64,000 nt of DNA from the human T2T-CHM13v2.0 reference genome, Homo sapiens, in assembly GCF_009914755.1 (NCBI RefSeq), contig NC_060927.1. One strand, 5' to 3'. Under the pieces are notes generated by a model. The model did no database searches. It saw only the letters and a program-made list of their open reading frames with translations, and was not told where the DNA came from. Of this stretch, positions 45,485-60,424 are shown in pieces. Position 1 is the first letter of the stretch. Each line of letters opens with the position of its first letter. Both the position numbers and the translations under genes were made by a program.

Positions 45485-45780
45485 TTCTTTCTTTCTTTTT
45501 TTTTTTCTGAGACGGAGTCTCGCTCTGATGCCCAGGCTGGAGTGCAGTGGGGCTCACTGCAAGCCCTGCCTCCCTGGTTCACACTATTCTCCTGCCTCAG
45601 CCTCTGGAGTAGCTGGGACTACAGGCTCCTGCCACCACGCCTGGCTAATTTTTTGTATTTTTAGTAGAGACAGGGTTTCACCGTGTTAGCCGGGATGGTC
45701 TCCATCTCCTGACCTCGTGATCCAACCACCTCAGCCTCCCGAAGTGCTGGGATTACAGGCTTGAGCCACCGCGCCCAGCC
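45485..45780 (-). mobile_element. AluY
   Basis: CACCGTGTTAGCC and GCAAGC diagnostics. TSD TGAGTTGAGTTTCT. Confidence 0.88.
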
Positions 45781-46576
45781 TGAGTTGAGTTTCTGATGAA
45801 TCCGTTCACTGTCAACAGTCAGTAGTTGCTTTACAGGAGCTTTCACTCCTTATTGAAGCCCTATGCCTGCTATCAAGGACCACAATCACCCACCCTGTCC
45901 TTCTGATGCTGCCCAACATGTCTGAATCCTGACCTGAGGATCATCTAGGCCAAAATGGAGACCCTAAGTGTTCCAGTGCAGTCTGCTTGTGGCCAGCTTA
46001 CCTGGCAGATGTCCACTCACAGGGTTAGGAGAAGGTCCACAGTTCTGGACTTGCCGACAACTGGTTAATGCATACCACAGATCAGTTAAGGCCTATTAAG
46101 TGATTTTGGCTTTCTATTCTCAACACTGTCCCTGGTTTGGACTACAGATTATATTGCCAGCCAAGGTATCACAATGACCATATGCTTCAGGAATCATTTT
46201 TGCCTTCTGGGAAGAACTTTCCCGGGACCTGAAGCTGATCTCGTCCACTCAGTGTGGCCAGGTCCTGGGTCCTAGGTCCCCAGTTTCTCCCCATTCTTAG
46301 GCCGCCCACCATGTACCCTGTAACTGAACTGTGATCTCTGAGTGGCTTCAGGGCAGGTTGTGGGTCTGGCTGCTCTGTGCCCATTGGAGCATCCCTGCCT
46401 CACAGCTCATCTGCTGATGTATGATGCAGCTGACTCATCCCAAACTTGTGGCCTTGGCAAGTAGGACCCTCTCAATCCCTATCCGCACTTTCCACACAGA
46501 GGAAGCCAGACAGCATTGTGTATTGATGGTTTGTTTCCATCTCACTAATCAAGAGGCTGAAAGCAACAAACTCTTT

Positions 46577-46700
46577 TTTTTCCTCTATCTCAACTTTTAT
46601 TTTAGGTTCTGAGGGTACACATGCAGATTTGTTAGATGGGTAAATTGAATGTTGCTGAGGTTTGGTGTACCAATGGTCCCATCACCAGCGATGGATATAG
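46577..46700 (-). mobile_element. L1PA 3'-end fragment
   Basis: CAACTTTTATTTTAGGTTCTGAGGGTACACATGCAG... Confidence 0.75.
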
Positions 46701-48863
46701 TCTGGAGGGCCAGACTCCAGGTTTCTTGTGGCTGAGGAATACACTCCTGTCTTGCTGAAGCCCTCCCTATGGAGTGAGCTCTGTGGACCAGCAGCTTGGG
46801 CATCGCACAGGAGCCCATTAGACATGCTGAACGTCAGGGCCAGCCCCAGGGCTTCTGAATCACGGTCTGCATTTTAACAAGATCCCCGGGTGATTTCTGT
46901 GTACAGGATGGTTTGAGAGGCACTGGTTTAAGCCACTATTTTTTTTTCCTGTTATTTGCAGCTGAACCCAATTCTTTCTTTCTTTCTTCTTCTTTTTTTC
47001 TATAGGGCTTTTAAAAAATGTTTCCTCACTGTTTTGACAATATCATGAAAAAAATTCAGTTTAGAATCTGGAACTGACCTGGATGAGATTCAGGGGCAGC
47101 TACATGGCAAGGGCGGCACAACCTCTTTGATTCCCTCCCCACGGTGGGAGCTAAGCTACTGGTAATGGAGGCGCCGACAGGCACCAAACCAGGAACTAAG
47201 TTAGTGTCTCAGGCAAGAAAGGGGAGGCGAGGCCGGAGCCACTGCGGGGACCCTCCTGGTTATAGTTAGTTGTCTCTCTCCCTCCCCACACTGGCGACAT
47301 GAAGACAGGCAGGTGGGTCAGGTGTTCCAGGACAGAAAAATAACCAGCAGTCAGCCCTCAGGCTCACACCTGAGCTTCTGGTCAATCCCCTCGGCTGAAC
47401 CCGCTTCTTGTGGATAGAGTAGATGATGTCCAGGTGGGGTCACTGAGAGAGTGGGGCTGGAGAAGGGATTTCTGAGCGGCTCACTCATGGGCACCCTCAC
47501 CTCCCTTCCCTGCATGCAGGCCTGACTTTCTAGAAAACCCTCATTTCTAGAATGAGGGGTGTGGGAGCCTTGGCTAGAGCTGTTCTGGGGCCCAGGGTCT
47601 CAAAAAGCAAGGTTCCTGTCCCCTGTGATTGCCTTGCTCCGGACCCCTATGTCTCCAGCACCAAGAGTGTCAGGGTAGACGACGGTGTGGAGCTCAGTGG
47701 AGGCGGATAAGGGGGCTGTAGTCATTTTGAAACCTTACGGTATTATAAAATAGATCATCCTTCCTGGAAGCCATGGCCTTCTGTTTTTAAACACAGGCGT
47801 TTCTAGGCTGAATTTCTGGGGCCTCCTCTATGACTCAGACTTGATTGCCTAAGAGGGTCACAATCTTTGGTACAAAATTCCAAGAAGGGTCCCTCCCAGC
47901 ACATGCACATCCACATCCACCCAGGTCTTGTACACCAGCACCTCTCAAACTTTAATGCCCAAATGTATCCTCTGGAGATTTTGGTGAAAGGCAGTCTGGC
48001 TTGTGGCCTAAGACTCTGTGTCTCATAAAGCCTCCTGGTGCTGCAGCAGCTGCTGCTGCTGCTCTGAGAACTACACTTTAAAAGGCAAGGTTGTAGACTC
48101 TCTACTAACAGCTAGTGGATATTTCTTAGTTACAGCCTCTCATCTTCAAAACCTGACCCCACAATTCCAGACACTCCAGTTAGAAAGGTCAAATTAATTG
48201 TCATTTGTTACAGGATCTCACCACGAGTGTGGCTTCTCTTGGACAGGTGAGGGTAGAAGTTTCTGTTTCTCTTTGTTTTGCTTTTATTAATAACCTACTA
48301 CACACAGAACTTCATTTTAGATAAAATCCTGGCCAAGACATGAACAGGTGTGTAAGTAACTCTGTGGACAGTGGGATTTACTTTCATCTGGGTTCCTGGT
48401 GGTGAATGATATCTCCATGTTTAGAGAGCACCTCTCAGTTTGATGTGGCAGTTTTTTGCTGTGGTTATGACTTTCAACATACTTCCTGCTTTTCTTGCAA
48501 AACAGAGAAGACTCACTCCTCTGTGGGAGGCCACAGCCCAAATGATTGCTGGCTTCTTCAAGGGCTGGAGCAGGGCTTGCAGGGGATTGCTGGCCTTCAG
48601 TGTGTGAGGTCTTTGGCCTTTTTCTACGTGAACATCAAGGTTAATCTATGTGGACTTGGCCTTCTGTTGGAGCAAGTTATTGCAATGCTGTTGGAGGAGC
48701 ATGAGGTTCTTAGCACTTCTTAGCTTCAGATATCAAGGGAGATTCTTGTCCAACAACAACAGAAAATAGAGCCCAGCCATTTTTGTCATCAAGATTGCCA
48801 GGGTCGCATGATCTCAATGGCAATGCTCACACTTGCTAGAAATTTGGATTCATAAGCTTTTGA

Positions 48864-49217
<354 letters not shown>

Positions 49218-49653
49218 GGTTCTTATTCTTTTGTTGTTTATTTGTTTCTTGTTTCTCTCTGAGAGTGTTTAGGATCTCCTTAGATTGTTGGTGCTCTGAA
49301 ATTCCAAGAGGTTATTTCTATGGATCACTCTTTGTTCATTGTGCTCAGTGCTTGGGGTCTTTCAATCCAAAGCTTATATCTTTCTTCAACTCCGGGAGAT
49401 TTTTTTCAATTGTTTCTTTGATAATTTTCTGCTTTCTGTTTTCCTTCTTCTCCTTTTCTGAAATTCCTGCAATGTAAATGTTGAGCCACCTAAATTGACC
49501 CTATGTATTTTTTTTCTCCAATTACCCATTTTATTTTGGTCATTTTACTCTGTATTCTGCAAGTTCTTCTTGAATTTTTAATGTATTTTTTCTGTCTTTG
49601 ACTTTTGGTTTCAAAAAAATTGAATGTATTATATTTGTGATAATAAAAAGTAA

Positions 49654-50030
<377 letters not shown>

Positions 50031-50412
50031 TAGAGTTTAAGGTTTTTACTTAGTTCTTTTTCCTTTCCTTGTTCTACCTCCTCCAAGTTCATTTGTTCTG
50101 TTGACTTATCTTGGTCCTTTTCTTTTCCTGAGTGAATGGTGTTTGTGGCAGCTCATTTCTATTTATGCATTCTAGGTTGGGTTGTTAAGTTGAAGTAAAT
50201 GGGGGACTGGGGTCCTTCTGCGAATGAGAAGGTGTGACTGTGAGCTCTCTGGCTGTGGAAGGGGGTGCTGATGGGTAAATCTTGCTTTCTTCTGTGAGAG
50301 TGGGAGAAGTCAAACCAATTCAAGGAGACCCCTGCTCTAAGATGTTACTCCCATGTTGGAAGCCTCAGCCCCTTCCAGTCAGCTTTTATTTGCTTTTTAA
50401 AAAGATTATTTC

Positions 50413-50572
50413 TCAAGGGTGCAAGGGTGGTAAGGGATAAAAGACTAAACACTGGGCACAGTGTACTGCTTGGGTGACAGGTGCAGCAAAATCTCAGAAA
50501 TTACTACTAAAGAATCTATCCCTGTAACCACCTGTTCCCCGAAAACTATTGAAATAAAATAAAAATAAAAAA
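50413..50572 (+). mobile_element. L1PB 3'-end fragment
   Basis: GGGATAAAAGACTA...AAAATCTCAGAAATTACTACTAAAGAA...GAAATAAAA. TSD AAAAGATTATTT/AAAGGATTATTT. Confidence 0.8.
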
Positions 50573-52019
50573 GGATTATTTTTCCAGCTTTTAAGGTAAA
50601 AGCTGCCATTTTCTGCCCATGGGATTAGGGAGAGGTGGGATGGTGAAGGCCAGTTTCCACAGCAGTTTAGGTCCAGTCATTCCATCAATCACTTCCTTTT
50701 ATGCTCACCCTGGTCTTTGTACTTTCCAACCTCCAGAGGCTCTAACGTGAAGGACATCACCCCCTGCCACTGCCCTCACCAATAACTTCCACTTTTATTG
50801 CAACCCCAAAATGTGTTCTGAGCATCTAGGAAGCTAGAAATCAGCCTTCCTCATCAACTTCCTTAAAATTGGGGATTTAAGTAATACTTTTTAGAATCTG
50901 TCCACTCAGCTTCCAGGCCACATCCCTCTGACCCAGCTCCACCCCATTTCCATCCTTATTGTTTCTGGGGGAAGCCACTTGATGATGCCAAGTATTTTCC
51001 AGTTCTGCTTTTGACCGCACTTTGCAAAGTAGTGTATGGTATGATGCTTGTTCCTTCCTTGGTTTGGAAGACTTTTGCCTGTTTTCTCAAAAACAAATGA
51101 ACAAAAATCTCTGGTGTTTTTTGGATTTGGTGGGAGGGAGAATTTTGAATCTGCTTCAAGTCCCACATCTTTCTCTGCCACCTCACACGATTAATATCAA
51201 GAAGCACAGACAACTCTCATTTATTTCCCACTTTCAGTGAAAAAGAAAAAGCACCAACCTTGCTTGTTTTGGTTCCATTTTGGTTTGTTCTGTTTGTTTT
51301 TAATAGCTGTTCACATGAATGTATTAACCTGGATGGGATCTTGATTTGACCTAGAGTCATACTAGGTGGCTGAGAGGACACTAGTCAGCTTCCTCTCAAC
51401 TATGAGATGACCTAGTGGTCAGCCTTCAGGGTCTGGATTTTCCTCAGGAGGGTCCTTGCTAAAAGTGGCAGAGTCCATTTTCAGTCCAAGACAGAATGAG
51501 ATGAAAGAGAGAATCAAGGATGTGGACCTGATTGCCTGGAGACCTGTGTTCTAGTCCCACCTGGCCTTCTTATCAACTGTGCAGGCTGGGGCAAGTGGTA
51601 GCCTCTCCCCAGCTTCATTTTCCTCCTCTGTAAAATAGTTGGGTGGGTCCTGATGTCTCCCAGATCGCTTTTACTTTCTAAAACTCCATGATTCCTTATA
51701 AAGTAGGCTTCTAAAGAGCAAGTAAGGGCAGGAGAGGATGTGAAGGGGAAGAATAATTAATATCCACATTCAGCCCTAATTTGGTTAGTATGGTTTCATT
51801 AATAATGGAAATAACAACAATTGCCATTGATGAAGACTATTTATGTTTCTGTTTCAGAAACAATATCTGCTCTTGGAGTCACTGCCACCAAGGGAATAAC
51901 TTTACCTGGAATATGGACTGGGAGCTCAAGCCAAAAGCATGGACAAGGGAGTCCCAGATTACAGGATACTATTATGACTTTTGCATAAATATAAACTCCT
52001 ATTAGATAAATTGATAAGA

Positions 52020-52228
52020 TGTGCTCTGGTTAGCTATTGCTGTGTAACAAACCACCCCAAACAGTGGTTTAAAGCAATGACATTCTAGGGTTGGCTGGGC
52101 TCAGCCAGGTGGTTCTTATGTGGTCTATCATTAAGGTGCAAAAAGATAGTGGCTGGGTTAGGGCCATTCTGAAGAGTTATTCACTCACAGGTCTAGAACC
52201 TGGGCTGAAGGACTCAAACAGCTGGAGG

Positions 52229-52279
<51 letters not shown>

Positions 52280-52585
52280 ATCTTCTATCTATCTATCTAT
52301 CATTATCTTTCAATCTCCTCCATATGATCTCTCCCCAAAGTGGCTCCAGGGTAACCAGACTTCTTACATGACAGCTGGAGCCTTGGAGTAAGTTTCCTAA
52401 AGAGACACTGGTAGAAGCTGCATGATCTTTTCTAATCTGACTTCAGAAGTCACACTTCTACTACATTCTGTTCATTAATGCAGCCACAAGGGCCCGCCCA
52501 AGTTCAAGAGGTGAGGATACTGACTCTGTCTCTTAATGTGCAGAGTGTCAAATAATTTACAAGCACGTTTCAAAAACCACCAGAA
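52020..52585 (-). mobile_element. MLT1 (MaLR) LTR with internal (TCTA)n at about 52230-52300
   Basis: TTAGCTATTGCTGTGTAACAAACCACCCCAAA...GAAGCTGCATGATCTTTTCTAATCT. Confidence 0.72.
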
Positions 52586-53191
52586 GTTGCAAGAATGAAT
52601 CAGTTAGTGTTGATGAATATCAATATAATATAGTTACAAAATGAATTATTGCAAGATTTAAAATTTGCAAACTCTGATAGTCACCTAGTGACCATCTCAC
52701 CAAGCATTTCTAGAGGTGCCCACCACTTGATTTCCAGCCTAGGTGCTGCCCTGGCCTAAGCAGAGACCCCAGTTATACATTGGAGTAGGCAATGGAGAGT
52801 CAAGATGACCTGATTCTGTCATGCTGAGTCATATGACCTTTGATATATCACTTTAACTTACTGGGCCTCATGTTTCTCCTGCATAGTGGAGATACTAGCC
52901 TTGCCTTACCTATGTTGAAGAATTGTGATGAGACTCAAATAAGAATGTACTTTATAACTGCAAAGTGTTCTACAAAGGAAGAGAATGCTCCCTCCTGTTT
53001 CTTGCCTCTTCTGAACACTGGTGAAGCCATGAGGCCTTAAGAACCTTGTCACATTAAAGGTTAACCCTCCAGGAATCTTCTGTTACACATTTCTTCCCAA
53101 TAGCCCTGGGTTCTCATGGTGTCCACTGGCGCCTATTTACTGGGTTCTTCTGGGAGGGATGGAGTGTTTGGCTTTTCCCCACGTGGCTTGA

Positions 53192-53524
<333 letters not shown>

Positions 53525-53763
53525 CTGTGTGCTCTTTATTATGGGATGGCTTTTCCAGTCCACAGGGAGGATCTTCCCTACAACTGACAGCATAAGGCTG
53601 GGTTCAAGGGGTGAAATGGACAGTGCTTTGGGACCTGGTGGCAGAAAAGCTAATGTGAAACTGACAGAAGAGAAATTTATTTACCAACTCTCCAATCTAC
53701 ACCTCCAACACAGACTTGCTTTTCTTTTAAAGGACCCAAGTTTGCTTCTTTTCAAAACATTAA

Positions 53764-54186
<423 letters not shown>

Positions 54187-55499
54187 AACCTATGGATTTA
54201 TAAAGGAAGAAAAATATGTAGCAGATTGATTAAATTATCTGACAGTGGAGGGGCATGGCCATAAATGTTTTTGTTTCTCTAATCATTGCTGTCCATTGTC
54301 CTGTGTTGAGCTTTTCTTTCCCATTCTTTGATGATATTTGGTCAGCTCCTGTGGCCTTCCAGTCACTTCCCAATATAGAAGGGACAGGTCCAGTCCAGAG
54401 CAGCGCAGGTTAAAGCTCCAGTCTCCTACACAATTTAGCCCTTGTTTCATCCTCTGCCTTAAGCACCTGCCAGATTTTTCCCTTGAAGGGAACATTGTCT
54501 TTACTGCCTGCCCCCCCGCCCCAGCTTGATTCCTTAGGGTTGGGCAGTGGGGAGAAAGAGGAGGAGAGAGATACAATCTCTAACTTCCTGGTGGGGCTGC
54601 AGCCTTCTCTTTGTGACTGTCTCCTGTTCCCACCCAGAGATGGGGGGCTGCATGGAGGAGCTCTCAAAGCCCGTCTCTGTACACTCCCTGATGTGGTTCT
54701 ACTCAGGTCTGACCCTGGCCAGACCTCACTCAGCTCCCAACCCACTGCTTCTTGTTCTGCAGGTTTCTCCTTTCTAGGTGGCCAGACTTTCTGGGTGAGG
54801 TCCTGGCAAGATGGTGCAAGTGCAGCTGCTTTCTGTGATTGTCCAACTGGTCTGTAGGAGACTCTTGCATTCTTATCTCCTAATGCTGCAAAAGCAGGCT
54901 GCTGCAGGGCCACCCCCTTGCAAGTTATTCCTGCTCCTTCTCCAATTCATCCTCTCTTTCTCAGAGTCTTCCCTCCTCCCCTGCTTAAATAGCCGTGCTT
55001 AAACAGACTCCAGCTAGGGAGCAAGATGTCAATCTCCGTTCTCAAAGCCACCTCCTAAACGCACAAGAGATTCTCTTGAAGCCCCTACTCACATGGCCTA
55101 GGGGAGTGAAGGGATGGAGGTGATCAGGAAAGCTACCTCTTCTACCAGAGAGGAAAAGCCACAGCACTCTCCCCTATGACTTTCTATTCTTAATATTCTC
55201 TTTTCTTTCTAAGTATCAGAAAAGTTCAGCTTCCTCTGAATTAGCCAAGGAAGCAGTGATTGACCCCCTAGTTGTTTGTTTCTTGATGCCCTTTGGTTCA
55301 CAGTAGCCATTTCTCAGGCAGCAAGAGAAGTGGCTGTCAACATCCTGCTACAGACACATGGTCAGTGAACATTGCAATAAGCGATGAGCCTTGCTAACAA
55401 TCAGGGCTATGCAAATTAAGAGAGGAAGAGGATGTTTTTCAGCCTATCAAATTGGTTTAAAATAAATGCATTACGTGATTATATCCGAGCTTAATAAAT

Positions 55500-55705
55500 C
55501 TGTGTGTTTGTGTGTGTATAAGTGCATAGGTGTGTATATAAGTGTTTGGGTGTGTGTGTAATTGTGTAGGTGTGTAAATGTTGGGTGTGTGTGTAAGTGT
55601 GTAGGTGTGTGTATGAGCATTTGAGCTTATGTGTGTAAGTGTGTGTGGAGTGTGTGTGTGCGTTTGGGTGTAAGCATGTATAATGAGGCATGTGAGTGTG
55701 TGAGG
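55500..55705 (+). repeat. Degenerate TG-rich low-complexity repeat inside an old L1M fragment
   Basis: Imperfect (TG)n / TGTGTAAG units. Confidence 0.9.
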
Positions 55706-55974
55706 GAACAAGCCAGTGCTGGTCAGTAGGGGCTGCTGGTGATGCTGATGGGAGAACAGGCATTGCCACACACCACTGCTGAGAGTTGAAACAGTACCCT
55801 ATCAATGGAAAGCCATTTGTCAATACATATAAGAACCTTAAAATGTGCAAACACTATAACCCAGAAATTCCATTTATCTTAAGGAAAAGTCATGGACAGT
55901 CACTGCAGTGATGCTTAGAATAGCAAACTTGACCCTTAAATGCTCAACTCTAGGGGACTATAAACAAATCAAGA

Positions 55975-56210
55975 ACAGCAGTTTGCGTAGTGCTTATATG
56001 TGCTAGACACTGTTTTAAGTGCTTTCCATATATTTGATATTCCACAACAACCTAGTGAGAGAGGTACTATTGATATCTCCTCCATTTTACAGATAAGAAA
56101 ACTGAGCTCAGAGAAGTTGAGTGATTTGCCCAAGTTCATCAAGCCAAGATTTCAACTCAGGTGATCCAACCCGAGTGCACACTTTTAATCATCATGCTCT
56201 ACTGCCTCAA
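55975..56210 (-). mobile_element. MIR
   Basis: CCATTTTACAGATAAGAAAACTGAGCTCAGAGAAGTTGAGTGATTTGCCCAAG. Confidence 0.75.
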
Positions 56211-56466
56211 ATAGACTGGTCTTTGAACACTAACATCATGTTCCAGAAGAATGTGGGAAAAATATACATCATCTGACTTAAGGGGGCAAAGCAGGTTACA
56301 AAGCAATGCATTCAGTCTGACCATTACTTTTTTTTTAAAGTATATAAAAATGCACAAGACAGAGAATGGAAGGATGTCTACCAAAATGAGAATATTTGTG
56401 ATTTTAATTCAAAACAGCTTTATTGAGTGTTAATTCACATCACATACAATTCATCCAGTTAAAGTA

Positions 56467-57006
56467 CAGGAATACCTTGGAGATACTGCAGGTTCAGTTG
56501 CAGACCACTACAAGAAAACAAATATTATAGCAAAGTAAATATCACAATAAAGTGATTCATAAGAATTTTTTAGTTTCCCATTTCATATAAAAGTTATGTT
56601 TACACTATACTGTAGTCTATTAAGTATGCAAGAGCATTATCTCTAAAAATGCACATTTTTTTCATTAAAAATATTTTATTGCCTGGAAATGCTAACAATC
56701 ATCTGAACCTTCAGTGAGTTGTAATCTTTTTACTGATGGAGGGTCTTGTCTTGATGTTTATGGCTGCTGAATGATCAGGGTGGTGGCTCCTGAAGAATGA
56801 GAATATTACATAAACTTAGTTGATAAGTCAGAGGCAAAGTTTGAGAGGATAGACTTTAATTTTAAAAGCACTGCTGCTGTGGGTAAACTGTTACCAACCA
56901 GAATCACATGCTGTAGAGTGAAATGGTATGAAAGAAAGAGTTGATGAATCTGGCAAACTTCCCTGTTATCTAACTTTAAGACATTTCCACAGCTACCTCA
57001 TTCTTC
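56467..57006. mobile_element. Tigger1 terminal fragment with internal inversion
   Basis: TA|CAGGAATACCTTGGAGATACTGCAGGTTCAGTT end. 56802-56996 is the reverse complement of the next consensus segment. Confidence 0.8.
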
Positions 57007-57036
57007 TGAAAATTTTTAAAAAAAACTATTGCATTC

Positions 57037-57244
57037 AGCCTGGGCAACATGGTGAAACCCCATCTCTACAAAAAATACAAAAATTAGCCAGCATTGTAAC
57101 ATGCCTGTAGTCCCAGCTACTCAGGAGGCTGAGGTGGGAGGATCGCTTGAGCCCAGGTGGTCAAGGCTACAGTGAGCCCAGATCATGCCACTGCACTCCA
57201 GCTTGGGTGACAGAGTGAGACCCTGTCTCAAAAAAAAAAAAAAA
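57037..57244 (+). mobile_element. AluJ, 5'-truncated
   Basis: GGATCGCTTGAGCCCAGG. TSD AAAA(C/G)TATTGCA. Confidence 0.85.
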
Positions 57245-58176
57245 GTATTGCAGTTATTTAGTTGTCCAGTTGACATGAGGATGTCATGGAAGCAAGGCAA
57301 ACACAGGCTCTGGGCTGGGGAGGGTGGGAGGTGGGCAGGATCAGAGGCAATTGGGGATGGCAGGAAAGCAGGAAAACTCCATGAAAGAAAGAGAGGACAT
57401 TTGCATTGGGCCTTGAAATGGTACAAAATTAACAAGAGAAGACCCTGAGGACTTAATGATGGGTTTGAGCTGCTTCTAAAAGCATCCACTTTTCCTAGAG
57501 TCATACTCTCCCCTCTGTGTCTGTTTTTGAGCCTCTGTGCTGCTGAGTGGGGCCACTTCTCTTGGCAGGTGGATTGGGGATGCAATGGAGTGATCTTCAC
57601 AATAGACTGAGGGCTCCTTTGGTCTTTGTGAGAGCAAGTTCCCTCCTGCTGAGGTTGCTGCAGGCTCCAGGACACCTGTGACTTGAGGTGGAGGATGGGA
57701 TGCTGTGGGCAATTTCTGTGGGTTGCGGAAGCAACTTTGGAAACGTTTGCAAGTTTCTAGTACTGGAAATGACTGCATGCCATGCAGAAATGGGGTAGTT
57801 TAGATGTCAAGAAGGGGCCCCACCAAAGAGATGCTGTGCCCCACAAAAAGAAGCCCCTCCAAGGCTGAACCTGTGAGGACGGTCGGTTTCACACCTGGCC
57901 AGGCACTTCCTGTGCATGGAGTTCTCACAAGAGCAGAGATAACACCAAACTAAATAGGGCAAGCTTCTTGAAAGAACCTTCCGTCTGATTCCCCCAGGAA
58001 AGCAGTCCCCACCTCCCAGTCTTGAAGAAATTTACTTTGTGTTGGTCTTTGGTCCTGGCCAGCTTTCTAATTGTTTCCCTCTAGAAATTTGAAAGGTAGC
58101 TGACTGTGGAATTTCCCACAGAATTTGGGGAAGGAGGCCCATGCCACACCCATGTCTCAGTGCCTCATCATCACCC

Positions 58177-58805
58177 ATGCAAGGGTAAATATAAAAATTG
58201 AACTTTCCCGGTGGTTAAATGGAAAGAACCCCTCCCCTTTCTTAGAACATTCCTGTGGGAAATCTAGTGTTTATGAATCCTTCTTCTGTCCCTTTGATAT
58301 GTTTGCAAATATTTGTAAAGTCTAAGAAAGACTCTTGTCAGCTTTACAACATGGGAATGCTTTACGGGTCTGGGAGCCGTCTCTTTGATATAAAAACATC
58401 AAGGAAGACAGCGTCCCTACTTCCTGGTCATCATGAGAGTTTGGCCTTGGCACTCTGCTTCAAGCTGTAACTACTGCCCGTCATGGAGGCAAAGGCAATT
58501 CGGATATAGGCAATTAGTAGGCTAATTAGTAGGTGAACATGGATGAATAATAAAAGAATGCACAGAAAATGGTGCTGCCAAATCCTACAGGAAGACAAGT
58601 TGCTGTTAATCTTGAGCACAGATATGTAATGGATGGTAACTGTTTGGCGGTATAAAAATTTCTTTTGGTTTTGTCATCTCAGCTACCTGCCATACACTTT
58701 GTAATCTGGTTTAACGCTTACTCAATAATAAAGCTGTTGTCTTTCTTTTCTACCTATTGTGGAGAGGATTCTCTAGGTTGGTAGGATTTTTAATTTTTCC
58801 CAATA
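58177..58805 (+). mobile_element. ERV1 solo LTR (LTR24/MER67-like)
   Basis: GTATAAAA box and CAATAATAAAGCTGTTGTCTTTC...TGTGGAGAGG...TTTCCCAATA end. Confidence 0.6.
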
Positions 58806-60424
58806 CCTCCAAGCACCAGCAAGTGCCCATGGTCTTACACTAGTAATGCCAACTTGTGGGAAGTTCTCCAACACACCATGCTTCATGCTTTTAAACACAT
58901 CACTTCCTCTCCCTACAGTTCCCTTTCTCTGTGCATCTTCCTGGACCAACCATAGGTCCCAACTTCCTGGTCCTCTGTGAGTAGGACTGTGTGGTCCTTA
59001 CCCTAGCAGTCTCTTCCCAGGCTGGGAGCAGCTCTCTGTGTAACCAAGGCTCTCTCCCTCTCTCTTTTTTTCCTGGGCCATCCACACAGTGCTTCAAGGC
59101 CTCCCAGGCCTGAGCCAGCTGGCCCAGGGCCATGATGCTGCCATTTTATTGAATTGAAGAACCCCTTCTCACAGGGCCCTGGTCATATATAAATGTGGCA
59201 TCATCCTGGCCATCCCCCTCCCTGGGCCAGCAAGCCCTGCGGGTGTGATTCGTGTCTCTCCCTCCTTTGGCAGGAAGCTGCTGTGCATGGCTGTGTAGAA
59301 AGACCACATCACCTCCCAGCTGTCACCTTTGATGGCCCTTCAAAGTCAGTGGTGACTCACTACCCCAGTGTTCTCTACGTAAGGTTTCTAAGCCAGCCCT
59401 GGCTCTTTCCAGGGTGCTGGCTGGTGTGGTGGCTAAACAAGATGGGGGGAAGGTGAAACAGAAGCATCTGGAGGATCCTGTGGTCCCCTCACCCCTCTCT
59501 CTCCTTTATTTGTTACCAATCCTATCTGGATACCCAGAGAGGAACCAGGACTGCTTTTCTCAGCTGAAAGTTTTTCTTCTGATTTTGACACACCCAGCAG
59601 GCTTCTTGCTGCCCACAGAGGTGCATTTGTGTTAATGTTCTTGAGAAACCTCAACCCCCTCTCTTCACACTGTCAAGGGGCATAAGTTACTAGGATAACT
59701 CATGACATGGCCTGACTCCAAATTTTTCATATTTGGCTTTGAAGTGGGCCACAGAGATAGGACCATAGCGGTGTCTGGTGTTTGGGGCACATCCAAAGTC
59801 ATGAAAAAGGAAGAGGTCAAACTCTTGAGTATTGATCGAGAAAAAACATTTTCACTCTCTGGACACACTCCTTCTTTTATTTACTCTTTCCTGAAGACAG
59901 AAAAGACATCAGCTCCCCTGGTTTATTGCTTCTTTAAAAAGAGAACTTCCCTCCAAGATTCTGGTGATTGGTTTGCTAATTTTTCTGGAATGAAAGAAAT
60001 TAAGATGGTGAAACACTTAAAATTTTACATAGGCACACACCTTATTTCGTATAATAGATATCTCCCGGAATAACAGTTTCTGGGGAAGGAATTATTTTTC
60101 AAATGCAGTAGGAGGGCTTTAATATTTAACTAAAGTTTGTAATGCATCTGTTTGAGGAGAACACTTTCAAGCATAATAAAATTATTGATTTAATAACTTC
60201 TTCATTTTGGAAGTTCAGATTTTTGCATAGATATTATATTTTAGTGCTTTAAAAACAATAATAATGTGGTCGGGTACAGCATCCTAAATCCTTAATTTTT
60301 AACTTTGCCTTATGATTATAAAAGTAATACATATTCAAGGTATCTTTTTTCATATATAAGTTTTAATTTTACTGTATTCAAATGTATTAATCTTTTCCTT
60401 TATGGTTTATATATTTTATCTCTC

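Noticed and set aside
54410-54913. 167-aa and overlapping ORFs in a GC-richer stretch
   Set aside because: No motifs, ORFs on both strands, and no consistent exon structure.
55457-55850. His/Thr-rich ORFs
   Set aside because: They are translations of a TG-rich low-complexity repeat.
57121-57675. 184-aa minus-strand ORF
   Set aside because: The C-terminus is antisense Alu translation and the rest has no recognisable homology.
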